Shown one piece after another: positions 1 through 12,991 of a DNA stretch of 64,000 nucleotides. Source of the DNA: Takakia lepidozioides (Eukaryota; Plantae; Bryophyta); the NCBI GenBank assembly GCA_030704615.1, contig CM060734.1:14322001-14386000 (forward strand). The letters are read 5' to 3'. The number at the start of each line of letters is the position of its first letter. Position 1 is the first letter of the stretch. Below the pieces are notes generated by a model. It worked only from the letters and a program-made list of their open reading frames with translations, had not been told where the DNA came from and did no database searches. A program made the position numbers and the translations under genes.

Positions 1-455
1 TTTATTTTGAAAACTAGAAGAAGGACAAAGAAGAACATAGCTAAGATGGTTATGAGGTGTATTCCCGTTTCGGGGAGGGGTTCCGAATTTTCTGATGGTG
101 CTACTCGCTCTCTTTTCCTTCGCGGTGACCAACGATCATCTCCGGCTCATCTCCTCCATCTCGCAACATCGACTAGGTAGTGGAGGTTGTTTGTTTGACC
201 GATCAGTTGGGCTGCCCTTATTTTAAGTCCACATGCCTCCTCACTGTTGAGTCGCTATGGATTCTATCCGGGTTTGTGTGATTTCCTCCAATTTCGTTCA
301 TGGATCTATACGAGTTTTCTTACCGTCAGTCACATGTAAATTTCAAGAAGGTGGAAATATAAGATACAGATCAGGTTTTGCAAAAAACACAACCAGATAC
401 AATACACACAATTTGTTCCATTATAATGCTTGAAGACACCATAAATCTCCAGGTG

Positions 456-3400
456 TCATTCGTTACCTACATCCAAATTGACATGCTGGGAGACACTTTG
501 AGAGCGAGTTGGGCTCTGAGTTCGGCCTCTGCCTCCGCTGTTTTTTCTTGGAGACGGGCTTTTAGTCCTGCCTCTGTCACACTGTCCATTTTGCGGGGGA
601 TGGGCTCTTAGTCCTCCCTCTGTGTCCGCTATCTTTGTGGGACACGGGCTCTTTGTCCTCGCTCTCTCTACCCTCTCTTTCGCGGAGACAGGGGACATTG
701 GTGTCGGCTCGTCCCCTTCTACAGGTTTGAACCAGTCGTCTGCACTCCCAATAAAATTGCCGCGCACCTCGATTGAGCTCGCCTCCGCACCCCTTGATGG
801 TGAAGCAGGATTACTCTTAGTTCTCTCGCTTGAACTCGACGAATCCCCATCCAGAATCAACATTGTGGACCGCAACAAATCTTGGGTGATGTTCTCAATA
901 CCATCCTGTGACTGAATTCTGAAGTCCTAAATACATCTAGGTGTCCAGCCTCCCAACGGTCTGCATTGTCACCATCGTGGCCTCGTTGTCCCCGTTACCA
1001 TCGATGCCTCGTCCTCCTCTACGTGTTCGGAATGTCCGCCTCCTTCTTCCAAGTCTTCATCTTCCTCCTCCTCATCCTCATCATCGTCTCCGCCGTCAAC
1101 CTCTTCAGCAATATTGTCATTCTTTAAATTAGCTTCAACTTTTTCTTTGCAAAACCTTTTCTTGGTTGAGTGGTTGATGTCAAGCACTTGAATGTTTCTT
1201 GCCTGCAGATAAACCCAGTCAGTAAAACAAAGGACGTGTTCGATCAAAAATGTAAAATTCGTATTTAAAATGCAAAAAGGTTTTAACTTACATGAAGGGC
1301 GTATGTCAACATCACGCCTCCGAAGATGTTGACAGCGGACATCTCGTCTCGACAAAACAGGGAGGCCAAATAGTCATATGTGTCAGCTCATAGCTCATGA
1401 TTATAAGTCCTGCACTCTTCTTCAGAAGCTGATGGCTTCTCAGAGGGCCCTTCCAGAATCGGCTGTATTGGCTTGATTAACAGTACGGTGGAGATGTGCT
1501 CGTCGGACATCTCGTCTCGACAAAACAGGGAGGCCAAATAGTCATATGTGTCAGCTCATAGCTCATGATTATAAGTTCTTCAGAAGCTGATGGCTTCTCA
1601 GAGGGCCCTTCCAGAATCGGCTGTATTGGCTTGATTAACAGTACGGTGGAGATGTGCTCGTCCGGATTCTGCATCTCCTCAGGTGTCGCTGGAAAAACAT
1701 AGTCCAGGCACAGTACAGTCCGAGAGAAAGTCTTCGTGCTGTTTTTGTAAATATTTTCATACTCTCCCGGAACATAAAATCCCTGACGGACAAAATACGA
1801 TGTTCTTCCGGGACCATTTTGGATGTAGGAGACCAGATTGGCCGAGGACGGTTGCGTCGAGAAGAAAACAAAAGCACTCGTGTTCATTTTCTGAGCCACA
1901 AAGGCCTCCAGTATGTTCACATAATCGTTGGACTCAAATACAATAGAGTCGTCTTCAGAAACTATATTGACGAACACCATTGCTATGTTGTCAAACCGTT
2001 TTTCGGTGCGAGTCGCAGACGGGACTTGGCATCTGCGAATTTTGTTTCTCCACCCATGATAGCGTAATGAGTCGCTGAAATAATTGCCATGGCATCCTCT
2101 CTATCCTCATAAGCTTTCTTGATGGAGGAGACGTACTTAACAAAAGCGGCCGTGAGTGGTTTTGTCTCCATGTTCATCTTGATCTTGCTTTGGATGTAAT
2201 CCGTCCCTAGTTTGTCTTTAAATGTTGAGAACTCTGCCTTATTGAAGTGGTACTTTCTCTTCACTTCACGCCACTCGTCCTTAGTGTACGGTTCCGTGCA
2301 CTGTTTGCTCCTCCGAGGCCACCCCAACACTTCCATCACATCGTCAACAATAAACCGGCGCATTTTCATGTCGTCTATGTACTTGTTCATGCCTTGAATT
2401 GATTTGTCTTGACCTTTGTAATCTCGAATGGTCAATTTCAGGTACAGGATTTTCTTCGCAACTTTTATCAGCTGCCATCTGCTCAACCCTCGCAGCTTTG
2501 CGATAGCAGATTTCGTGAGCTGTTGTTGTTCACGCTTGTACTGTATCCCAAGCGGGTCGAATAGCTTTCCCTGCTCCCAGTTTTTTTAAACATCTTCCTA
2601 GATCTTCCAAACGTTGTCGTCGCAAAGTACCAGGACCATTGCCTCCTTAATGCTACCCATTTCCAGTATCAAATGACAAGCAAACATGAACTCCTGCACA
2701 TTCATTCAAGGATAAATTGGTTGTCATTCCGACAACAGAAGTATTCTTTAGCATAAAATGAATGTGAATAGTAGATTTTGATTCCATAAATGCATACCTT
2801 CCATTGTTTCGTCTTGGACTTTGTGGTGTGATCGTTGTATTTCTTTGGCTTCCCCCTCAGGTTGAATAACATTCACGCATGCGCAACTTTCTCCAACATT
2901 GTTGTATCAAACTTTTGCGCCTTATTGGGATCGTTGAGGAGCTTTGACAACTTCAGGAGCCTTTGTTCATCGGTAGACCATACAATCTTCGCAGGCCACT
3001 CCCGGTAGTACTCCTTCAGTTCGCTGTCGGAAAGATCCTCGAGAAGTTCCTGCTACAGTTAATGTAAAATGGGTGAGAGAGTTGAAAGTGTGGGGACATA
3101 TCCAATTTTGTAGTTCAACACCAACCTCCACTGCCCAGTGGAGGTTCGTTAAAAGAGAGGTCTGGGAGGAAATGAAGTCCATTACCTTTGCTGCCACGAT
3201 GGTGTGTTGTCCACCAATTACGAAGAACCTTGATACGTCCATCTCCTTCCATTGCTTCGGTCGCGATGAAGCAATCTTCTCGGGATTGGAAGGGTTGATT
3301 AGCGCAAGATACACCGGATGTTTGGAGTCGAACAAATGAAGTTGGAAGAGTCGCACTTTCACTTCGTCCTTATGCTTGATATTTAACGGCTTGTAAACCA

Positions 3401-4192
3401 TGCTCCTTGGAGCTAGTTCCATCATAGAAACCTTCACAAGGAAGGTACTCTCGAATCCGAATGGAAATACATCATTGTATTCCTTCGTGAGCCTCTCCTC
3501 CATCTTCTCGCATTTTTCCTTGTCAAAAATCTCCCCAGCTTTAGGTCTCTTGTTATCTGACATCAATGCTGGATCCTGATCCTCCTTCTGTTTCTTCTTT
3601 CCTGCGGAAGTCCCGGCCTCATTGTCATCATTGCCGGCTGTCGACGACTTGCGTTTTCCCTTCTTCGGCATTGATGCTTCCTGTAGTGCTCGCTTCTTGC
3701 GAATGTCGTTCCCCATTGCGTGCAGAAGTCCAGAAAAATACTCCAGGCCCTCGACAAACCTACGTCTGTAAATACAGAGCCCTCGTCTGGAAATCTAAAA
3801 CCCAGTGCAACGCATTCACTCATCAACGACTTGTTCAAACGATCCACCTCCACTTTGAAACCAAACGTCCTGGGGGTTCTCGCATCCTCATGCAGGAACA
3901 AAACCAACATCGGGTTTTCCTCTTTAGATTCAAGCTCTATATCGAGAGCCTCTGTGTATTTTAAGTCTGTTATTACTCCAAGACTTCTGTAATGAAAAGA
4001 CAGTTTGTGATTTGGAGGTGTACCGACAGGTACGATGCCCCAATCTGTCACCTCTGGGTTAAGCTCAAAAATAGCGGTATGCTCAGTTTTGAAATGTGAG
4101 GACTTCCGGCATACGAATGCGCCACAAATATCTCCAATCAATCCCGGGACGCAATCTGGTGGTGTAGGATGTCTTCTGTTACAACCAAACAC
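456..4192 (-). pseudogene. Spliced, disrupted gene for a ParB/Srx-like domain + degenerate amino-methyltransferase-like protein with an acidic/low-complexity tail (distant relative of the 12992-18552 gene)
   Basis: ORF 2967-3716 has FFVIGGQHTIVAAK (variant of the ParB GxxR/DGNHR motif). Putative GT-AG introns lie at about 3185-3053, 2797-2695 and 1291-1203. A downstream exon reads HEL*ADTYDYLASLFCRDEMSAVNIFGGVMLTYALH|ARNIQVLDIN, which aligns by eye with the MTase motif X/I/II region. Stops and frameshifts are present; the 3' end is uncertain. Confidence 0.55.
1337..1663. repeat. Tandem duplication of about 160-167 bp inside the ParB-like gene
   Basis: cggacatctcgtctcgacaaaacaggg...gagatgtgctcgtc occurs at about 1337-1504 and 1504-1663, with a small indel. 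Confidence 0.9.
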
Positions 4193-4497
4193 AAATTTAT
4201 TAGATAATCAAATAACATGATCTCTCTTACTAGCATCCATCATTCTAGAAATGAGAACCTCCACTGGACAGTGGAGGTTTGTATGTACGAGTCTTTCTAC
4301 ATGAAATGGGAAATCCTCCATATTTTACAGATGTTGAAGAAAAAAACTTTAATGAAAATGAGGCACAGGAGCCATTGAGTACATCATCCTGAAACAAGAC
4401 TAATCTACAATAGAAATCTTCGAACCTAATTTGTCCAAAATATACTAAGGAACTTCTCGCACTATATTCAGACAATTCTAGATTATATACCCAAGAA

Positions 4498-5567
4498 CTA
4501 CAGAATGCTCATTCTTATCTCTCTGAGTGTATCAGGCGAATAGTCTGGAGGGGTATATTTTGGGGATCCGGTGATACTATCAGGAGACGCAGGGGAGTAT
4601 CCTGGAGATCTGGAGACGTCCAGTAGTTCCAGGACTCCCCCGCTCGTTTCAGTGTCCAGGAGGAAGTTTGGAGGATAATATCTTTCAGATCCTGATGTGG
4701 ATTCAGGAGATGCTGGCAGATAGTTGTAAATACCTGCCGTGCAGCAACTTGACATATATTCAATGTGAGCTTGGTGAAGACATCACTCAACTGAGTCAAC
4801 ATAGTGTAATCCATGACTGGAGCCACAATGGTAGATGAAGAAGTAATGAGATGGACATCTCCAGTATTAGTAGCACTGACATGTTTGAACACGCAGATGC
4901 TGCTACTCTAGATCTTAAACTGGAAACAAACTGCTCGTACTCTTGATAAAATGTCGGAGGGAATGTCACCTACATATGAAGCGGATTGAGGTAAAAAATA
5001 AAACATACACAACCATGAAATGAAAGCAAAATATAAGAATACTTACAATCTGAATGTCTTCGGGCTTGATTCCATTCGCCACTGTTGTCAATTTGTCCTC
5101 TGACCTCAATGACCACTGTCGATATAGTAGACGTCAAAAACTTCTCAGAAGTGGCGTGGGAGATGAATTGTGCAATTCTTTCACTTGAAAAGAAATTAAG
5201 TTGGATAGGGGGATCAAAAGTAGGCAAAACCTCAATTGTGGTGGCTGATGTAATGCGGATGACCACTTCACTATCCCCTTTGTCCCATTTATGGACGCAA
5301 CCCGAAGTTTTCAATGCGCAAAACATTGCCTTTCACAAAACTCGTTTCATGAGTTTTGACATGAGGGCCGTTAACAGTGAGAGTGACAGTATGAAAACCA
5401 TGTCTATCAGTAACATCAACATGCAGAAATGGAAACCTTGGAGAGTCAGAATAGAGCTTGTCCGCGTTTCCATACCTATTTAAAATCAGACACTCAAAAC
5501 TTGCAGCTCTCACAATATTGTCCAGTTCGTCCACTATAAGCAAAGGTCGGACCTTTCTGACCGCCAT
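4498..5567 (-). pseudogene. RPA70-like tandem OB-fold ssDNA-binding protein (frameshifted), with a Ser/Pro/Tyr-rich tail
   Basis: FLHVDVTDRHG..VTLTV..KGNVLRIENFGLRP/KWDKGD..IRITSATTIEV resembles RPA1 OB-fold A. A second OB-like segment (TISTVVIEV..VTF..FKHVS..HLITSSSTIV) spans an intron at about 5046-4970. Confidence 0.5.
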
Positions 5568-6194
5568 AGCAACACACCAAGACACCAAGATACCAAGACA
5601 CCAAGTACAAGAAAGAAGACTGAAAGATGCAATGAAATGAGGAGGTCAAGAAAGAAACTTATACTCATTGTGAGTGTGTGAATTGCAGCTGTACAGGACC
5701 TTGAAGAGATGGCGGTGGTCCATGTGCGTCCTAAGTGTGCCACTTAAGAGATGAGTTATTGCACAGATGTCTGCAAGAGAAAGCAGCAAGTTGTGGAAGA
5801 CGACAGCTGAAGGTGCGAAAGCCAAAAAAACAAAATAGAAGAAGAAGAGAATCTTAGGGTTTCACTGAGAACTTGAATTTTGCTTCAAAAGCATAGTAAA
5901 TGAGTTTTGAACCCAAAACATGTTGGTGTACAAGACAGAAAGAGCTTGCATGATAACCAATAAGGCAACCATGAGTTACTGACAAAATATTGTATTGATT
6001 AGGCTTTATGCAAAAATAAAAATAACTAGGGCTTCGCATTGCTCCACACTACTAGCGACAAATTCTGAGAACTACGTTCAATTGGTACAAAAAGGGGATG
6101 GGTCATCCCCACGGCACGGGGTGAGTTGTTAATTTGTTGATGGGGTCTATAAAGTCTTATGAAAAGATGGACTACATTGTGTTCCGATACATGA

Positions 6195-6443
6195 TGCAAT
6201 TTTGGATTGTGAATGTTCAAGTCTTATTAAAAGGTATATTAATGCCATACTAAAGCCATTGAAGGAAAGGGTGCATGTGAAAACATTATGGCTGCAAGAT
6301 AGCATGTTTTACATAAAGGTGCAGTGCAACTTTGGATTGTGAATGTTCAAGTCTTATTAAAAGGTATATTAATGCCACACTAAAGCCATTGGAGGATGGC
6401 GGTGCATGTGAAAACATTAAGGCTGCAAGATAGCATGTTTTAC
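6195..6443. repeat. Tandem duplication with a period of about 130 bp
   Basis: tttggattgtgaatgttcaagtcttattaaaagg... occurs at 6201 and 6331. Confidence 0.85.
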
Positions 6444-6829
6444 ATGAAGGTGCAATGCATAGCCCACAATCTTGTGCATTTGTTGGTAAGATCTGTTTTG
6501 ACTCACACTGAGTATGTGATTCAGTGATGCACATACCTTGGAACCCGAGCCCTGGCCAAAAGGTAATAATTTCCCATCAGCTTCAAAGAAGCACATATTC
6601 TCCACTACTGCAATGCACGGAACCTGGGCACAAAAAACATCACCTATATGCGGGATGGATTCTTACTTCTGCAAAGGTTTCTGTCCCTTTGTGTAATTAA
6701 CACATTCTATCTCTTCCTACGCTATCATTTGGCCTTCATTTTTGTTATATCCATGGGGCTAACAGCCAAGCCGCTACAGCAAGAAACATCTATTCAGTTT
6801 GCAACATGGCTGAATACCTTAAGGATGAT

Positions 6830-7045
6830 TTGAAGGGCCTAGCTACAATCAGCACTAGACTGAAATCTAAACTGAGGGCGGGAGTCTACCTTAGAACAAT
6901 AAACAGATGCAGACACGAAAAGGATATTGTCAATACCGGCTGTGTGGTCGACAATATTCATTTTCTGACCTTGCTGCCATGACCCATTTGGGAGCTAGAG
7001 GCTAACGTCAGTAAATATGTTGCGGTGGCATTCAACAACAGAAAT
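6830..7045 (+). mobile_element. Small rearranged remnants of the EN-RT LINE family found at 21345-27963
   Basis: gactgaaatctaaactgagggc (about 6858) and ctagaggctaacgtcagtaaat..gcattcaac (about 6995) match 27500 and 26720 respectively. Confidence 0.7.
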
Positions 7046-7534
7046 CCTTCCACAGGGAATCATAGGTAATCTGGAGCTTGAAATCCGGCCCTCTTGGATG
7101 AATCTGGACCCACACTCTATCCCTGCTCCTTCAGCTATCCATGTCTCTGCACAAATCATGCATACATCCTTGCCTTGTTGCTAGCAGCTGACAATGACAG
7201 CCTAGAATTGGTTAGCATCCCATACAACAATTGCTCGGCCACATTTGGCATACATCTCCACCAGGGCAGTGTTCAGGATGACATCTGGAACAATTCCAGC
7301 TTTGATGATATCACCATGGACCTCTTTCCACTTTTCCAGAGCTCCCAGGCTTGCACACGCATTGCAAACAAAAATAAATGTGATGTGGTTGGGCTTCACC
7401 CCTTTGCACATCATTTGCTCATAGGTCTCCAAAACCTCCATCCAACACCCAGCTTGCTGTGCATATCCTGCAATCATCGCACTCCACAACACCACATCTC
7501 GTTCAGCCATACTGTCGAGCACTCCCTTTGGATC
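7043..7534 (-). pseudogene. Deleted PLS-PPR paralogue fragment (PPR repeats joined directly to the DYW tail) followed by an OSB-type PDF motif
   Basis: ORF 7202-7576 reads [43 protein letters not shown] then [10 protein letters not shown]. The minus strand of 7043-7130 matches the PDF-motif DNA at 28152. Confidence 0.85.
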
Positions 7535-8454
7535 CCCAGCAAGAGATCCCCTTGTCTTGCTCACAACCCGCGCCAACTGTTGCTATATTGCCTGAAAGCT
7601 TGCTCATGTATCTTCTGCCGTTTTCGGGCTGGATGGCAGTTGAAGGTGGGTGACCACGACTACCTCCCATCCACAGAGCCTCCGCGACGTGCCACTTTCA
7701 TCCCTCGTGCTTGCCCATACTTGTGCCACGTGCAGTATCCAGAGTGCGCCATGGAAGTCATATGTTCCAGTCATAACGACCACCCCACCCCCATCCTGCA
7801 TAATTTGACTCCACGTGTGGACCTGGGATTAAACGTCCAAAGTCATATATGCCAGTCACGAAGGACCCTCCCGCTCCATATTGTCATGACACGTGTCATG
7901 TCCAATCTAATCCACGTGTTGTCCTGGGGTTAATCTGCGGAAGTCACCTTGTCATGCCACGTGTCGTTCCCGGTATTCTCCACGTGTTGTCTTGGGGTTA
8001 ATCCGCGGAAGTCGCATATGCCAGTCGTGAAGACCCTGTCACCTTCCCTTTGACGTGACACGTGGCATATCCCTTCCGTTCCACGTCAACGACGCTACCG
8101 CGTGAGCCTGGCGCGTGAGCGTGTGAGCGTACGCTCACACAATGATGACGTGGCGTGAGCCTACGCTCACGCTGCTGACATGGCGCGAGCCTGGTCCAGG
8201 TCATACGACGTCACCACAAAGAAGGTGGGCCTATAACCGTGGAGACCACAACTGCTGATTTCCTTCCACAACTGCTGATTTCCTCACATGAAGGTGAAAC
8301 GGATGAAGGGTTTTGGGCTTTCCTGGGCCTATAACCGTGGAGCCCCCAACTACTGTTTTCACCACATGAAGGTGAAACGGATGAAGGGTTTTGGGCTTTC
8401 CTGGAGTTCAACCTTCTTTTAACAGGAGCTTCATTTCGTTCCCCCGTCAAATGA

Positions 8455-8646
8455 ACTTCGTGTCGACAGAAGGGGGATTTGGAGAACTTCAACAAAACCT
8501 TGTGTTAACACGAGGTTGTTTTCTTGGAACAAAAATGAACCTCGTGTTGCAGCGATGTTGTTTTCTGAGAACTAAAATGAACCTTGTGTCAACACAAGGG
8601 GGATTTGGAGAACTTCAAGTAAACCTCGTGTTGACACGAGGTTGAT
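8455..8646. repeat. Subterminal cluster of about 5 palindromes (best copy AACCTCGTGT-TG-ACACGAGGTT)
   Basis: Copies at about 8456, 8497, 8538, 8580 and 8622. Confidence 0.8.
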
Positions 8647-8826
8647 TTGATCATCTGTCTATCTGAAGGTAGTTTCTTGTGTTTGCTAAAAGAGAATGAC
8701 AAACCAATGCGACAAATGCGTTGACCCACAAATAGCAAAGATGTTAGATGACATGGGACATGCTGAGAGACACTGGACTTGAACAGTCATTCCATTACAC
8801 ACAATTGTCAAGGAAAACACAGATTT

Positions 8827-11800
8827 TTATGGGGTTGTATCCCGCTGTAGAAGTGTGTTGACTTCGTTGTAACTCATAGTAGCTTGGTGAATGAAGAAGT
8901 CGAGCTTTGGATCACAAACCATCCTTCTCAAGAAGACGAAGTAAAGGTGTTTGCACGGTATGAACTTCCCTCTCTTCCCAAACTACTTGAAAGCATACCA
9001 ACAAAATCAGGACATGTACAATTGGGAAAATTGGAAACAGTGATGTCGTACGTCCTGTCTTGCAGCGAAGATGCGGATGAGATCATGGTGAAGACCCGAC
9101 CATACCCTGGATCAGGCACTTCCATTGTTCCCCCAACACGAGCGTAAAGCATTCTGGCGGACTCAATTTTGCCGTAGTGTTCTGCGGTTGGAGGGAATCG
9201 TCGAACCAGCTTCCCATTCCGTCTGGTTGGCCACAAGTGAGCGTCAGGCGGAGGTACCCGTGAACCGCTTCCACTTGAAGCACCTTCACGTGCAATGGAA
9301 TGTCTGGACAGGGAAAAACCCGCCTCTTCCAGCATTGCAATCTCTCGATGAGTGAGACCTGTGCCCATCTTCACAGGCCACACGGTTGGTGGAGTAGGCT
9401 TCCTTACCACGGAAGGCCTCACTGTCCCATGCACACATCTCCCACAATCGTCAACGCAGAACCAGAACTTGTGGTTCTTTGCCTCGCCTTGTCCGTAAGG
9501 GAGAAACAAACCCGTGAATGTAGGAGCTGCAGTGCGTTCTTTCCCTCTGGATATTAATGATGTACATTTTTCATGATTGGTGGCCCTGATCGCCGCGCAT
9601 TTCACACGCGATCCAGCACTTGTGCGTTCTATATGCCAAACATCGTCCAAGCCCTCAGACTCGATTATATGCGACACCACGTTCTGGTCTTCAACCATTG
9701 CAATGACAGTGCTTGATGCAGGGGTCCGGTCTGGGGCAGAGTAGCCCTCACCTGTGGATGTTCCGCAATTCCATCTCTGATCCAAGGGAACACGTGGCGT
9801 CGAGAAGTTGACCCTGTCCGCCCTATGGGAATCTGCATCCGATCCCGGAGGGGTGTCCAATTTCCGTTTGCAAGACCCGAATCTCTCTTCGCCTTCCAGA
9901 TGGGGAACTCTTCCCACGAGAGGGGTGCCATCTGCACATATGCTCACTGCCCGCGCTATTTTGCTAGGATCCCCTGATCTTCCAGCTGCCCGCAACATCA
10001 ACTCGCTCCTGTCCGGACCTTTGCCACCAAGGCCACCCCTCAAGAATGACCTGTATCTGGTTTGCTGCTGTAGAGCACGAATAAGGTCATCGGCCGTCGC
10101 TGCATACAAATCTCTCCCTTTTTTGCCGGATTGCTGCAACCAGGCATTGTGCACTGTCTCCGCAAGATTGCAAGAAGGCATGTTCGCCATCTCCTCAATG
10201 GACATATGCTGCAAGGCAAAAAAACACAAAACCCATATTAGAGTTGGACCCTGAAAGATATATTGGAAGCACCCAAACAAACTTTTGAATGCAAACCACT
10301 CACCGTTGTCATGGCCGCTCCCCACTGTCGGTAACGGAAGTGCCAAAATGCGAACCAGTCTTGCAGTGCCCTCATGCTGTCCTCCGATGCCGCTCCAGAT
10401 GAGTACCACCAGGCACGAATTGTCTGGAACAATGTATTCGCTTCCCCCATAGTTTTGGCGTCTTTGTACTGTTTGCACAGTTGACGATGCATACTCTGCA
10501 TATCTGGCTTGATGTACGTCTTTGTGTGTTTGTCGAGGGATTGTGTCCAATGAAAAAGACACGTACGTTCTCTTCCAGGCATTGGCACTTTTGGATCTCC
10601 CGACCCGAACACAATGCGGACAGCGTTGAAGTTAGCTTGAGCACTATCGGCCATGAAACCAACGAAATTGGGAGATGGGAGACCATTGGAGGCCATAACA
10701 CGAATGAGAGCTTCCCACATGAGCTGCTGTGAATCTGTGTCCTCTGACTGCATGTCACACACTGCAATTGTCATGACCCGCTGGTACACAGGGTCGTAAA
10801 CATGACATGCCATTGTGGTCCAGTCTTTAACTCTCTTGACATGATCGAACATAAGGAAGCAGTTGCCAAGATCGCCACCCTTCTGCATACGTTTAACCAG
10901 GCTGACCCCGCTGCCCTCACCTTTTGTGGACATTTTGAACAAGAACACTTTCCTGGCTCCTTGTCCCGGGAAAACGCTGTCTTGGATGTAGTCGTACATG
11001 CTCCTTTTCTTCAAATCCATAATATTGTCCATATAACCTCGGCTCCCAGAGCCCATTCTTAAAGCGTTCACCTGATTCCTAATGTTTGGAGAAGTCAAAG
11101 CAGAGAAATGGTCCATAACAGTGTCCAAAGCTGGTCCTTCCAGCATTCCTCCAACCGAATTTGATGCACACAGAATACGGCTTTCCAGAAAGGACTTGCT
11201 CGCCCCCATGGCAATTGCAGATGTGGTGCCAGTTGGATTGGTATCCAACTCTTGCCTTATCAGACGAGAGACTGTGTCAACGCTCTCCCTATAATCCCCC
11301 TTGGACACAGGGTGGTTGTGAAAACCGAAATGGACACAGGCTCTAGTCAGGTTTTTGAATCGATGCACCACATAATACATTCTGGCGCCACACAAAGCAA
11401 GGCAGCAAGGTGGTACCCTACAGAACTTGCACACAAAAGTGTTACTGTATGGTGGTGTTACCCCAGGCTTGAATGGATTCTCACTGACTCCATCCCATTC
11501 GCTTTGGTTTTGCACACCTGACAATGCGAAGTGTCTGCATTTCATGTTCTCGCATTTCAGGTGCCCATTACAGACTGTTCGCCTGAATATGAGGTTGTCG
11601 TTGTTGTGAATATTGGATGTTTTTGTGCGGCACCAAGGGTGCCCATCGTGCTTTTTGTCCATTCCTTCCAGGAGACTGGAAATCCCCCCACGCGACCAGG
11701 AGGAGGCAGCTCAAAAACAGTATTACCATCAAACGATTCCGGCAAGAATGCCACCCTTTCAATATTGAAAGTGCTCCAGTCTATCCCCCTCAACTCACTC

Positions 11801-12330
11801 TTGAATCCTGCCATCCCACCCATCGCTTTCAATTTAGGAATGACACTGGAGATCTCCTCCACATCTGGTTCTACATGTGGACATGGCTGATCCACAGGCG
11901 GTATTGCACATGTGTCATCGGAGGATGAGTCCGAAAGGTCAACTACAGTGTTAACGGCAGTCGCCTCCTTCTTCACAACCACTGGTGTCTTCTCCTGGGC
12001 CACTGATGCTGCCGTGCCAGGAGTTACGAACGATCCTGCAGACTGTCTCAGAGGAGCACTGAGCACCCTGTATCTGCCTGGAGGCACTCTCCATTGCGTG
12101 GTTGGTGCAGTTTGCGATGGTTTCTGGAACGCGTACTTGAGCAGTTTTCCATTGGCATCGTACACTTCCCTCTGAAGGAATAGACTACCATTTTCCAACC
12201 GAAACTGCATTGCGAGGACGAGTTCATGAACCACCGCAAAACCATCATCTTCCACCTCGTAAGAAAATGGAACAGGGTGGTCGTCACTGAAGAAGTCCGC
12301 GTCAAGGGAGCCCACAGCCTGGGAAGCCAT
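8827..12330 (-). CDS. MULE transposase: N-terminal GCM/WRKY-like zinc finger, DDE core, C-terminal SWIM finger (two apparent 1-bp frameshifts, one intron at 10303-10209)
   Basis: WCRTKTSN..RRTVCNGHLKC..CKFC..HFGFHNHP (GCM-like); LMFD..FMADSAQA..VF..CLFHW (D, D, CxxH); CNLAETVH (E); CTCPDF..PCKHLY (SWIM). Frameshifts are near 11685 (G run) and 8975. Confidence 0.85.
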
Positions 12331-12594
12331 ATGTCGATGTTGCTTCAGAAAGTACAGTTCAAAGTCCGATGGTGCTTCTGAATGCAGGTTGTGTGAGAGT
12401 GGAGTTTTGGCGTCCTCATACACAATTGTTCTCTCAGAATTGCCCCACCAGTGCATTAGCTGACAGATTCACTGACAGAGCCGCCAATGTCGTTGTCATG
12501 TCAGGGAGGCCAGAAGAGATGCCCATTTCCATTAAATTTTGACGACAACTGCACCGCTGCACAACTGAATATAATTCACATTCCTCTGGAACAT

Positions 12595-12835
12595 TCCACC
12601 CTAAATTACCCAACAATGAATTTTTTAAGATGAGAGTCGATTACACCCTAACGATTTTTGGATGGATGATGTTTGAATGATATCTGCCGTTATACATAGG
12701 GTTAGACCCCAACGAATTTTGTAAGGATGATGATTCATTGATCTCCGCCGTTAAACATAGGGGTAGAGATACCCCGATTACATTTTTGGAAGGATGATGT
12801 TTCAATAATTCCGGCCGTTTTACATAACGACTACA
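12595..12835. promoter_or_regulatory. Intergenic region between the divergent genes with 3-4 degenerate repeats of about 70 bp (candidate bidirectional promoter)
   Basis: Recurring atttttgga(a/t)ggatgatg...gccgtt(a/t)(a/t)acata units at about 12655, 12716 and 12782. Confidence 0.45.
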
Positions 12836-12991
12836 TAGACACGTGTTCGCCATGCATGTGGATTGAGTCGGTGGCGCACTGAACGGTCCGAGCGAACATC
12901 TTGGCGTTGAAGGCCTCGCGATGAACCTCAGATAATGTTCTTTTTGCCTGAGTAACTCATTTTCTTTGCAACCCTGGATTCCGCAGAGACG

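Noticed and set aside
7094-7933. 279-aa plus-strand ORF (similarly 28548-29318, 29349-29954, 35990-36496 and 57528-58139)
   Set aside because: These are antisense shadows of PPR, PME or transposase coding sequence with no independent motifs.
8071-8093. Target-site duplication for element copy 1
   Set aside because: The similarity to 19449-19475 is gapped and offset, not a clean adjacent 9-11 bp duplication.
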